Virus record (IMG/VR): IMGVR_UViG_3300016486_001578 | Length of the DNA stretch: 64,000 nucleotides | Reading direction: 5' to 3' (one strand) | DNA from: a virus | Taxonomy: Duplodnaviria > Caudoviricetes | Program-made: the position numbers and the translations under genes | The notes under the pieces: model-generated | What the model was told of the DNA's origin: nothing | Databases searched by the model: none | What the model saw: only the letters and a program-made list of their open reading frames with translations | Shown: positions 43,612 to 53,328 of the stretch, piece after piece | Layout of the letters: every line of letters begins with the position of its first letter | How positions within the stretch are numbered: the first letter of the stretch is position 1

Positions 43612-44802
43612 GTGGATAAATCTTATATAAGGGGAATAACCCAAAAAATACTAAATAAAGAATTCGCTTCTACTAATAGAAGAAAGATAGTGGAATATGG
43701 CGATAGGCTGAATTTGAGCTGTCCATATTGTGGTGATGGTAGGTCCGAATATAAAAAAAGAGGTAATATATACTTCAATAGATTGTTCTACATTTGCTTT
43801 AATTGTGATAAAAAGACAACATTTGATAAATTTTGCAAAGATTATCATGAACAAATAGATCCTAGTAAAAAGTTAGAGATGATAGAATATTTAGATTCTG
43901 TTATGACATACTCCGACTTTGAGGGTGATTTTATGGATGCTAGAATAGAGAATCTAATAGATATGAAGGATCTAGAAAAGGCAATATTATCTAATGTTAC
44001 ACCAATAAGTGATTTTCAACCAATAAAAGTAGGTGGTGGTATTTATAAATACCTCATAAACAGAGGAATAAAAAAAGAACTACATAAAAACATATACCAA
44101 GGAAAATTCTGGATAAACGAAGACCAATCCGAGTGGATTATAATAATGCTAAATAGGCGAGATGATAAAATACTAGGTCTACAAATTAGAAACCTAAAAT
44201 CTGGACGTAGACGTATGTTCAAAATATACAACTATGAGAATGTATTTGAGTGGGTATCTTTAATAAACCCAGATAAGAAAGAATTAGATGTTAATCAAAT
44301 GGTTATTTATAATAAATTGTCATATTACTTTAATATACTAAATATAGATGTTTCTAGAACAATAACTGTCTTTGAGGGATATTTAGATTCTCTTTTCTAT
44401 CCAAATTCTATTGGATTAGTTGGTGTTAATACTGATTATAGGTTCTTAGAAAATAATGATCTAGATATACAATATTTCTTCGATAATGATGATGCTGGGT
44501 TTTCTAAATCAGAAGAAAAAATAGAAATAGGATATCCAGTTTTTTTATGGAAAAAACTATTCGAGGATATAGTTGATAAAAAAAATGATAAAGATCCATA
44601 TAGGTTATTACATAGAATATCGAAAGTTAAAGATATAAATAAATTAGATGAGCTAATAAATGGCTCTTATGGTAAATTAAAATTATATAATTATTTTAGT
44701 AGTGATGTTTTGGACAAAAAATGGATACCAAAAGTTGGTAAAAAGAAATATAACAATGATATTGATTATAATAGAAAATTTGATTCTTTTAATAAACTTT
44801 AA
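43612..44802 (+). CDS. DNA primase (T4 gp61-like)
   Basis: CPYCGD...CFNC Zn ribbon; YLINRGI; VFEGYLDSLF, FFDND (TOPRIM), KDIN. Confidence 0.88.
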   Translation: MDKSYIRGITQKILNKEFASTNRRKIVEYGDRLNLSCPYCGDGRSEYKKRGNIYFNRLFYICFNCDKKTTFDKFCKDYHEQIDPSKKLEMIEYLDSVMTYSDFEGDFMDARIENLIDMKDLEKAILSNVTPISDFQPIKVGGGIYKYLINRGIKKELHKNIYQGKFWINEDQSEWIIIMLNRRDDKILGLQIRNLKSGRRRMFKIYNYENVFEWVSLINPDKKELDVNQMVIYNKLSYYFNILNIDVSRTITVFEGYLDSLFYPNSIGLVGVNTDYRFLENNDLDIQYFFDNDDAGFSKSEEKIEIGYPVFLWKKLFEDIVDKKNDKDPYRLLHRISKVKDINKLDELINGSYGKLKLYNYFSSDVLDKKWIPKVGKKKYNNDIDYNRKFDSFNKL

Positions 44803-45266
44803 ATAAACTTTATATTGTGGTGATTTATATTTTTTTGTGATAAAAAATCTCTAAAATCTATATTCCCTCTCTCTGAATTACAAGGCTGACAACAGACTAT
44901 TAAGTTGACTTGTGTATTATTACCACCATTGGAAATAGGAACAATATGATCAGCCGTTGCATTATCGTAATTTAATTCATCATCACAATATAAACATTTG
45001 GCATCCCTGTTTCTATCTAAAAAATTCTTAGCATAGCCACTTGTTCTCCTTTTGACATTTTTACCACTATATTTCAAACCAACTACAACAAATTCTTTTC
45101 TGAATTTGAATTTCTTCCGGTATATCTCACAAGGTCGGTAATTTTTATTAATTAGTATAGCTATTATTATAAGATATTTCCACCTTTCGTATATTTTATA
45201 ATCCACTGATAGGAAGTGGTTATTTTTTGCTTTAACCAATATTTTCAATATTTTAAATATACTCAT
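44799..45266 (-). CDS. HNH endonuclease
   Basis: CLYC...TADHIVPISNGG.N...NLIVCCQPCNSERG. Confidence 0.9.
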   Translation of the reverse strand: MSIFKILKILVKAKNNHFLSVDYKIYERWKYLIIIAILINKNYRPCEIYRKKFKFRKEFVVVGLKYSGKNVKRRTSGYAKNFLDRNRDAKCLYCDDELNYDNATADHIVPISNGGNNTQVNLIVCCQPCNSERGNIDFRDFLSQKNINHHNIKFI

Positions 45267-45318
45267 TTTCTAATTGTATATATTATAAAAACCATTTTCC
45301 TAAAAAAATATATAATAT

Positions 45319-45993
45319 ATGTCTGATAATAAAAAGAAAAAATATGTTGTTAATTTAAACATACCAAGGGATGGTGGTTTAAAGAAAACAATTGAACTGA
45401 ATATATCAAGTAAACCAAGGAGAAAGCCTTTACCGGTGGCCAAAAATGACACACCAAGGGGCGTTGGTGGTTTTATTTCTTATGTATTTTTAGATAGTTT
45501 TTTTGGATGGAGAAACATAAAATGGCTTTTATCAGAAATAGCTAAAATATATTCAGCCGAGCCTTCTTATTTTTCCAAAAAGAGAGTAGAATCTAGTATA
45601 GCCTTTATAATTGGTCAATTTGGTATGATATTCTATTTTTGTCATAATTATGAATCACTTGTTATGTCGGATTTGATGCTATGGGCATCCGCTGAGTTTG
45701 TTATAGCTGGTTATTATGTGAATAAGATACAAAGTGAGAAAAAAGAATTTCCTGATAACGGCGGAGATTATTTTGACCCAGAAGATTATGTAGATCCCAA
45801 TGATCCAAGTGGTTATGTAGATCCTAATGATCCAAATGGTTATGTAGATCCTAATGATCCAAATGGTTATGTAGATCCAAATGGTAACCAAGATGGATCA
45901 AACAACCAAAATGTTGTTAACAATAATGGTAGAAATAATCATAAAGATGGACCAATTGATCCAAGTGACCTAGACTCAGAATATTACAAATAG
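45319..45993 (+). CDS. Membrane protein (holin-like) with YVDPNDPNG repeats
   Basis: FSKKRVES.IAF followed by two hydrophobic helices; four 27-bp repeats near 45787-45885. Confidence 0.5.
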   Translation: MSDNKKKKYVVNLNIPRDGGLKKTIELNISSKPRRKPLPVAKNDTPRGVGGFISYVFLDSFFGWRNIKWLLSEIAKIYSAEPSYFSKKRVESSIAFIIGQFGMIFYFCHNYESLVMSDLMLWASAEFVIAGYYVNKIQSEKKEFPDNGGDYFDPEDYVDPNDPSGYVDPNDPNGYVDPNDPNGYVDPNGNQDGSNNQNVVNNNGRNNHKDGPIDPSDLDSEYYK

Positions 45994-46026
45994 ATTGGAA
46001 TATATTATATTTTAATATATAATTTC

Positions 46027-48495
46027 ATGTCCATCAATACTAAAATAACACTCAAAACAAAATCAGGCCCAGGTGAGATAGTTGGTAAAACCGAATTAGA
46101 AATGGTTGATGGTTATGTTGAATTTACTAAAATTCAATTCACAGAACCAGGCGATTATGTTGTTTCTGTAGTGCCATCAAATTCAGAAGAGTTAGAACTA
46201 GGTGAGTTTGAAATAAGTGTATCACCACAAGAAGAGTTCATTCCACAAGAAGACTCTGATGAAGTCGAAGATAAAAAAATAGATGGAGTTAGACCAATAA
46301 TTGCACAAATAACACAACCAACAATTAAGTTAGATCCAATGGAATTCGAAACTAGTGATAATGATAGAGATAATGCTGATATAGGAAGCTCAATAGGATA
46401 TACACCATTTGTTTGGTATAATGGAATACAAATACAAACAAAAGATATAATAAAATTATTTTTATACTATGATAACTTAGTACCTAAGTGTAAATTGACG
46501 ATAATTGACACACTTGGTTTGATAAATACACCAGAGACTATGCCATTGAATGATACTAAATTTGAGATATTTTTTAATTCAGGGTCGGAGTTATTAAAAT
46601 CTATACATCTAAAATTTAAATTAGAAATAAACCAATTAAATAAAAATAACACAAACTCAATAACAGGAACGATAGACTTGGTTGATTTTTATAAAGGAGC
46701 ATATGAATCAAATGTAGGAACATCATATGATGTTTTGAAAAAGGTATCCTCCAAACTTAGCCTTGGATTTAACTCAAATATAGGAAATACATCAGATGAG
46801 ATGAAGTGGATAAGAAGAGGATCTAAATACTCGGAATATATTTCAAATATAATAAAACATTCATATATATCCGATAACTCTTTTTTGATGGGATATGTAG
46901 ATTTTTATTGGTGTTTTAATTATATTGATTTAGAAAAGGAATGGACTAGGGATATATCAAGTGATGTTGGTGTAAACTCACAAGGAATATCATCAATAAG
47001 TAATGGAGAGAATTTATTACCAATGGTTCTAACTAATGACAAATCAGATAGCTCATCATCCTTTTATTTTTCGGATTATAGATTAAATAATAATTCAACA
47101 TATAGGACAACAAATAATGGTGTATTCACGACATCAAAGGTATATGATAGAATAAAAAAACAATTTTTAAAATTTGATATAGATTCTATAACATCAAACG
47201 CTGATGATAACATAATATTAAAGGGCGCACCAAGTGATTCCAATGAATTAAAAGATAATTTTATATCTAAATATGGTGGCAAGATAGACACAGATAATGT
47301 GCATGAAAATTATCAATATTCGGTTGAACAAAATAGGAGAAATTTAGAAAACTTAGATAATATATCAATAGATATGACATTACCTCAGCCAAATTTTAAC
47401 ATATACCTTTATCAAAAGGTTGAAATTCTTTTTATAAATGAAAAACAAACTGTTGTTAATGAAAAAATAAAAGATGAGAGGCTATCCGGTGGTTGGTTAA
47501 TAACAGATATATCCTTTGTTTGGATAAATGGATCACTAAAACAGAGGCTATCAGCATCTAGAAAAGAATTAGGTAAAACGAAAAACGAAAGAGAAGAACA
47601 AAGAACATCCACCGATAAAAGTGTAAATAATTCAGAAATAAATGAAAACCCAGTAACAGAAGAAGTTGAGCAAAACATTGGCGACTTTGTATTCGGTGAT
47701 GAAGTATCTGGTGATAATTCATTATTGGGAGAAGAATATACCGAAGAATTTGGCGGACTTAGTGAAGAAGATATGCTAGTAGAGGAATTAAGTGAACATA
47801 TAGGATCTGAGGTTAATTTACAAGAAGAAGAAATAGATATAAAGAGTTCTGATTCATATAATGGATTAGATAAAAACCCAGAAACTTGGTCAAATAGTGG
47901 TATAATAGTAATTGGTAGCAAAGTACCATCTGATATATCCGGTCCACCAAAGGTATTTAATAAAATAACTATAAATAATACCATAAAAGAAAAATACATA
48001 CCAATAATAGAGAAGATGGATGTTACTATTGGTACTAGATTGTTAGCAACAATAATGACACAAAAAGAGGGGTTTAAGGAAGGAACTAGATCTTTCAAAA
48101 CAAACAATCCTGGTAATATAGGAAATATAGATAATGGTAGCAACAAGGAATTAAAAACATTAGAAGATGGTATAGAATTACAAATCGATTATATTAATAA
48201 AGTTGCTGTTGGTAAACACACATCATACCCAATAGGTAAGAAGAAATTAGTGAAGCCTTATTATTCAAAAGAGATATCAAATAACCCACAATATAAACTA
48301 ACGCCCTTTTTACCAGGATATGAATTTAATTATAGTGGAAAAATAGAAGAATATGTTAAAATATATTCAACTGGAGCAAGGGTCAGTAATTCTTATATAA
48401 GTATGATAGTTTCTTGGTTCAACATAAATGGTTATAATTGGGTAAACTCAGAGACAACCATAAAAGAATTAACAAGAATAAATAACACAGCATAA
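46027..48495 (+). CDS. Putative baseplate hub protein with C-terminal lysozyme-like domain
   Basis: Hub-like region ending RLSGGWLITDISF; C-terminal QKEGF..GTRSFKTNNPGNI; baseplate context. Confidence 0.55.
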   Translation: MSINTKITLKTKSGPGEIVGKTELEMVDGYVEFTKIQFTEPGDYVVSVVPSNSEELELGEFEISVSPQEEFIPQEDSDEVEDKKIDGVRPIIAQITQPTIKLDPMEFETSDNDRDNADIGSSIGYTPFVWYNGIQIQTKDIIKLFLYYDNLVPKCKLTIIDTLGLINTPETMPLNDTKFEIFFNSGSELLKSIHLKFKLEINQLNKNNTNSITGTIDLVDFYKGAYESNVGTSYDVLKKVSSKLSLGFNSNIGNTSDEMKWIRRGSKYSEYISNIIKHSYISDNSFLMGYVDFYWCFNYIDLEKEWTRDISSDVGVNSQGISSISNGENLLPMVLTNDKSDSSSSFYFSDYRLNNNSTYRTTNNGVFTTSKVYDRIKKQFLKFDIDSITSNADDNIILKGAPSDSNELKDNFISKYGGKIDTDNVHENYQYSVEQNRRNLENLDNISIDMTLPQPNFNIYLYQKVEILFINEKQTVVNEKIKDERLSGGWLITDISFVWINGSLKQRLSASRKELGKTKNEREEQRTSTDKSVNNSEINENPVTEEVEQNIGDFVFGDEVSGDNSLLGEEYTEEFGGLSEEDMLVEELSEHIGSEVNLQEEEIDIKSSDSYNGLDKNPETWSNSGIIVIGSKVPSDISGPPKVFNKITINNTIKEKYIPIIEKMDVTIGTRLLATIMTQKEGFKEGTRSFKTNNPGNIGNIDNGSNKELKTLEDGIELQIDYINKVAVGKHTSYPIGKKKLVKPYYSKEISNNPQYKLTPFLPGYEFNYSGKIEEYVKIYSTGARVSNSYISMIVSWFNINGYNWVNSETTIKELTRINNTA

Positions 48496-48549
48496 TTCTA
48501 TGTAGTTAACAGTTTATTTTATATATAATATAAATTTAAATCATAATAA

Positions 48550-50433
48550 ATGCCAATAGGAAAAGAGTCACTCGCAAAAGAGTCATTAGATAAATTAAAA
48601 AATAAAGCGACTGCAACTGCTGAGGGCCTTAAAAGACAATATGGCATAGGTGGTGATGGACCAACTTGGCCACAAACAAAATATGAGCCAATAACAGGAT
48701 CATCAGGACTTTCTCTATACCCAAATCACAAAACCAGAGGGTTCTTACCACCAGTTAATATCAATCCTATTCTAGACTCCGAAAGGAAAGTCGGTAATTA
48801 TGTATATAAAGATTGGAGAGGACACCAATTATCATTAAATACTAACCAATTAGAAACAAAGGATAGATTTGATGAAGGAATAAATATACCCAAATCAAGC
48901 TCAGAATTAATAGATTCGCCATACTCAACAAGAGATACTTATTTAATATTTGGTGATAACTCACAAGATTATTTTAAACACGGATTACATATAATAGATG
49001 GATTAACACCAATAGAAAACCCAGAAAGTGGCAAATCTAATTTAAGACTTGGTAGTTTTACCGAGACACCATTTGAGAATAGTGATCCAATAGTATATGG
49101 TTTTGAAATAATAATAGATGATATTAGCTCACCATTATTAAATGGTTCTATATCAGACTTTCTTAGAAATTATTCTGGTGTTTCTGAAATAGAATCTAGA
49201 GTGAAGGTATATGAGGAATTTAAACAACAGTTTATAAAGTTCTTTAAAACAAAAGCAACGGTTAGAATAAATGATAGTGGTGATGGAATAACAAAAATGA
49301 GATCATCTGGATATCCAGAATCTGATAGCACCAAAAGTATATTCCAATCTGGCAAAAAATCATATTTTAATTATTATTTAAAAAAAATAGATGGGTTAGA
49401 TAAATTAGTCGAGGGTAACACACCAAAGAGTAAAAAATTCTTGAATAGCTATAATGATGATATAATAACACTATCATTTAGTGAAGATGTTTCGTTGAGT
49501 GTTGGTACATTAGCACACCTTTATAAATTATTATATTGGTCGAAGCCCAGAGGAAAAGGAATAGTTCCTGAAAATTTACTTAGATTTAATTGTGATATAA
49601 TAGTTTCGGAAGTAAGAAATTTCAATAGAGTAAGGAAGGCAACCGGTAGTGGTGAATTAGAAATAATAAAAGATAATGTTTCTAGGTACGTTTATTCACT
49701 AAAAGAGTGTCAATTTTACTTCAATAATATGCCACATGATTCTACTATAAACCTTGGAAATATAGCACCACACCCAGAGGGTAGTTATGTTGTTCAATTT
49801 GATTATAAATATTCAACTTCAAAATTAGAAAGGTTCATGCCAAGTGGTGATGGGTTTGGAAAGTATGTTGGTTATAATAATGGTGCTATATGGAAAATAG
49901 GAAACCCAGGTGAAAGAAGCAACAGAACGGGTACACAATCAATTGGCGGTGATACCTCAGTTCCTAGATTCTTCACAACTGGTGATAATACATTAAATAA
50001 ATCTGGCGTATTAGAGCCGTTTATTTTATCAACACCAATTGATAACCAATTTAAAAGAACTTTTTTTGATAACGATGATGGTTCATCAGATCAACTTAGT
50101 GGGTTGGAAAAATTCAAAAAGAATGCTAAGAGTGGTGCTAGAGAAATAAAAAATAGATTAGAAGACGTAGCGATAAGAGCAGCAACTCGTGAGTTACAAA
50201 CATTTATAAACACAAGAGCAGCAATTTTAAACAAAACATTAAACAAAATATTAAATTCCTCAGGAGTAACACAGATGAGACCACCTAGAAATATATATAC
50301 TGATAAAGGATTAACCCCTGGTCAAAGAATATTTTATGATATCCGGGGCGAGTTAGGAGACTTCCTAGGAGGCGCATTAGGTGGAGCCCTTGGAGGAGGT
50401 GGAATAACTAGTGGGGTATTTAATCCAAGATAA
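48550..50433 (+). CDS. Putative virion/baseplate protein
   Basis: 627-aa ORF between hub and gp5-like genes. Confidence 0.5.
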   Translation: MPIGKESLAKESLDKLKNKATATAEGLKRQYGIGGDGPTWPQTKYEPITGSSGLSLYPNHKTRGFLPPVNINPILDSERKVGNYVYKDWRGHQLSLNTNQLETKDRFDEGINIPKSSSELIDSPYSTRDTYLIFGDNSQDYFKHGLHIIDGLTPIENPESGKSNLRLGSFTETPFENSDPIVYGFEIIIDDISSPLLNGSISDFLRNYSGVSEIESRVKVYEEFKQQFIKFFKTKATVRINDSGDGITKMRSSGYPESDSTKSIFQSGKKSYFNYYLKKIDGLDKLVEGNTPKSKKFLNSYNDDIITLSFSEDVSLSVGTLAHLYKLLYWSKPRGKGIVPENLLRFNCDIIVSEVRNFNRVRKATGSGELEIIKDNVSRYVYSLKECQFYFNNMPHDSTINLGNIAPHPEGSYVVQFDYKYSTSKLERFMPSGDGFGKYVGYNNGAIWKIGNPGERSNRTGTQSIGGDTSVPRFFTTGDNTLNKSGVLEPFILSTPIDNQFKRTFFDNDDGSSDQLSGLEKFKKNAKSGAREIKNRLEDVAIRAATRELQTFINTRAAILNKTLNKILNSSGVTQMRPPRNIYTDKGLTPGQRIFYDIRGELGDFLGGALGGALGGGGITSGVFNPR

Positions 50434-50437
50434 TAAA

Positions 50438-51601
50438 ATGATAGATTCAAATAAAACATATGTTGGTGTAGTAGAAGACAACCAAGATCCAAATAGGATA
50501 GGTAGAGTAAAGATAAGAGTGATGGGTATATTTGATGATATTCCATTAGAAGATATACCATGGGCAATGCCTTGGAAAGATTTAAATGGTAACGAATTCA
50601 ATGTTCCAGAGATAGGAAAAGTTGTTATTGTTATATTTGATGATGGTAATGAGAATAACCCAGAGTTTATTTATTCAGATCATTATAATATAAACCTCGA
50701 AGAAAAACTTAAGTCACTATCTGATGAGGATTATACTTCTATGAAGTCTATTATATTTGACCATAAAACACAAATATATGTGAATGATTCGGAGGGATTA
50801 AAGATAGACCATAAGTATAATAATTTGAACATAACAAATGGTGGAGTTGATATAAATCTAAAAGATAATAATGCTTCACTAAACTTAGGGGATTCAACAG
50901 CATCACAACAAGCCATATTAGGAAACCATTTTCTTGATTGGGTTGGTAAATTTTTAGAAGCACTACAATCTGGATCGCTAATGAACCAAGCTGGACCAGC
51001 TGTGCCGAACCCGGCTATGTTAAAATTAATCGTAGAATTTAATTCATTAAAAGATTTAAATTTTTTATCACACCATGTTAATATAGCAGATAATAATAAA
51101 ATAACAACAGTAAATAGCGAGGAAAGAGAGGATGATCCACAATATGGTGATACATGGACATCAACAAAAGAAGATAATGAATTAACTTCTAAGAAAGAAG
51201 AAAGCTTTGCATCAAAAGAAGGACCGAAAGATGAATATAATAAACCAATAAGTATACCAGTTTCACAAAACCAAGACTCACAAACTGCAGAAAATGAGAT
51301 AGCAGTTCAAACAGGACTTACGCCTAATAGAATAGCCGAACTAAAACAAGCCGCTAGCCTTATTTCAATAGAGTTAGAAACAGGAAGCAATTTAAGTTGG
51401 TGGGATAATTTAACAAATATAGCAGAATTTTCAGAAATAAAAAAATTGTTAATTGGTATTAATTCAACTGCTGAAATGCAAGTTTTATCATCGTTCTATA
51501 AAAATATTTTTACATTAAATGGTAATTTATACCAAGACATCGCGCAAGAGTTTTCGGCAGACGAAGTCGCTACGATTCCTTTTTTAAGTTCAATTGCATA
51601 G
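50438..51601 (+). CDS. gp5-like baseplate spike (OB-fold), fused in frame to inserted foreign DNA after 51250
   Basis: YVGVVEDNQDPNRIGRVKIRV.G......IPWA.P...VPEIG..V.V.F..G. Confidence 0.8.
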   Translation: MIDSNKTYVGVVEDNQDPNRIGRVKIRVMGIFDDIPLEDIPWAMPWKDLNGNEFNVPEIGKVVIVIFDDGNENNPEFIYSDHYNINLEEKLKSLSDEDYTSMKSIIFDHKTQIYVNDSEGLKIDHKYNNLNITNGGVDINLKDNNASLNLGDSTASQQAILGNHFLDWVGKFLEALQSGSLMNQAGPAVPNPAMLKLIVEFNSLKDLNFLSHHVNIADNNKITTVNSEEREDDPQYGDTWTSTKEDNELTSKKEESFASKEGPKDEYNKPISIPVSQNQDSQTAENEIAVQTGLTPNRIAELKQAASLISIELETGSNLSWWDNLTNIAEFSEIKKLLIGINSTAEMQVLSSFYKNIFTLNGNLYQDIAQEFSADEVATIPFLSSIA

Positions 51602-52623
51602 CTATGAATTTAGGCACAATTGGCACAGTTGAAATAGTTTTAACTTCAGATAGTATTAAAAATTACAGTTTTTATTTTAGTGATCATTACAAAAAAAATA
51701 AATTAAAGCATGAAAAAAGGAAATTTTAAACGGAAACTAAAGCAATTTTTTGAAAAAGTACGGGAATTTTTTAAGGAACTAAACAGTGATTTAGATGAAT
51801 TTTTTGAAAATACAGTTAGACCGACTGTTCAATTTTTAGAAGTAATAAAATTATCGCTCAACAATCCAGCTATAAATATTTTAACTGTATTTATACCCGG
51901 AGAAATAGACGATAAAATAATTCGTAAACTTCGGGAAATTTTGCCGAAAATTATTATAAAATTAGGTATTGTAATAAATATTCAAGAACATTTTAGTCCA
52001 GAAAAAACTATAGATCTATATTGTAAAGAATTAAATAACTTACCCTTAGAATTAAAAAACGCCGCACTTCACATAGCATATAATCAATTAAAAGAAGAAA
52101 ACACTAATAAAAATGGCATATAAAAAATTCACAACAAAGCAAATAGCCGCTCAAAAAATGTTTGCAAAAAATGCAAAGAAAGCCCGTTTATTAGTTAAAC
52201 AGGGTAAAGCCAAAAACCTTAAAGCAGCCTGGAAAAAATTAAAATAACCTTGACAGCAAAAAACAAAATAGTAATTATTATTACTACGTTGCTAATATTA
52301 GTCGCAACGATACTTTATTTCGTTAAATATAAAAGGCTACCAATGACAGCAGTTAAAACACCAGGACAAACACCTGGACAAAGTAATAGAAAATTTACAT
52401 TAGAAGACGCAACACCAGCTTTAAGACAAATTATAAATGAATATGGCCGAGAAATGGCCGAAAACGTGGAAAAAGTTTATAGGTGGGAAACGGCGCATTT
52501 TAAAAGTTCTCAATTTACCAATACAGGCAGCGCAGGTATGGAAGCCGCCTTACATTCAAAAGCCCCAAATTATGGCTGGAATCCTGCAAGCTGGATTAAC
52601 GACATTAACTCGGCGCCAATTGG
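51251..52623 (+). mobile_element. 1.37-kb foreign DNA insert resembling a fragment of another virus
   Basis: Begins and ends mid-gene, richer in CG-containing codons, ATA at both junctions; removal restores the gp5 frame. Confidence 0.6.
52113..52247 (+). CDS. Small basic protein (within insert)
   Basis: MAYKKFTTKQIAAQKMFAKNAKKARLLVKQGKAKNLKAAWKKLK. Confidence 0.55.
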   Translation: MAYKKFTTKQIAAQKMFAKNAKKARLLVKQGKAKNLKAAWKKLK

Positions 52624-52627
52624 ATAG
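52250..52627 (+). CDS. TM-anchored lysozyme-like protein, truncated (within insert)
   Basis: N-terminal TM helix; YRWETAHFKS with putative catalytic Glu; stops at the junction. Confidence 0.4.
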   Translation: MTAKNKIVIIITTLLILVATILYFVKYKRLPMTAVKTPGQTPGQSNRKFTLEDATPALRQIINEYGREMAENVEKVYRWETAHFKSSQFTNTGSAGMEAALHSKAPNYGWNPASWINDINSAPIG

Positions 52628-52635
52628 AGGATCAA

Positions 52636-53328
52636 TTGGGTATAGAAAATATAAGTAACCAAGAATTAGAAAACTCAATTAGCGATACAAATACAATAAT
52701 AGAAGAACAAAACCCAGATTATGACATTAGAGTTGATAAATTAATATCTTTTATGGAAAATAAAAAATATAAAATTTATAGATCTAAAAATATACTAAAT
52801 ATACTATCTATGAGAGGAAAAGATAGTGGTGAAATAACAAATAGGTTTGATGAAAAAATGTTTGTTTTTTATATGGATGATTCAAATAATTGGAAATTAA
52901 ATGAATATGATATAACCACATTACCTGGTCTGATAATATCTAATGAAGAAAGAAGGCTACCGAATAATGTAAATTTATTATCTTGTGGTCAATACATAGA
53001 CCAGTGTTCTCTAAATTACTATAAAGGAGACCTTACACACAGATGTTTATCCTTTAATAATTCTACGGTATATATAAACAAAAGAACAGATAGATATGAT
53101 TATTCCTCACCAACCAAAACTGGTAATTTTGGAATATCAATACATAGATCCAGTAGTTCAGGAACATCCGAATTAGTTTATGACTACTCACAAAATGGTG
53201 ACCAAGTATTTAAAAACTATAATCAATTCAATCAATTTATTAAGCTATGCGAAAAACAAGAACTGATAAAAAATAATTTCACTTACACAATTTGTCTAAA
53301 ATCAGATTTTGATAGATTCTTAATTTAG
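52636..53328 (+). CDS. Separated C-terminal part of the gp5-like gene; cell-wall-hydrolase-like domain
   Basis: NILSMRG...NRFD...TTLPG...GQY...FGISIHRS...YS..GDQVF. Confidence 0.5.
   Translation: MGIENISNQELENSISDTNTIIEEQNPDYDIRVDKLISFMENKKYKIYRSKNILNILSMRGKDSGEITNRFDEKMFVFYMDDSNNWKLNEYDITTLPGLIISNEERRLPNNVNLLSCGQYIDQCSLNYYKGDLTHRCLSFNNSTVYINKRTDRYDYSSPTKTGNFGISIHRSSSSGTSELVYDYSQNGDQVFKNYNQFNQFIKLCEKQELIKNNFTYTICLKSDFDRFLI

Noticed and set aside
47412-48146. Long antisense ORFs (also 39749-40240, 56462-57178, 10305-10529, 11136-11453)
   Set aside because: Shadow frames of well-supported genes on the opposite strand, with S/L/F-rich composition and no motifs
51245-52620. CCAAT 5-bp target-site duplication around the gp5 insert
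   Set aside because: Excision at CCAAT gives an immediate stop, whereas the ATA junction restores the frame; no transposase present
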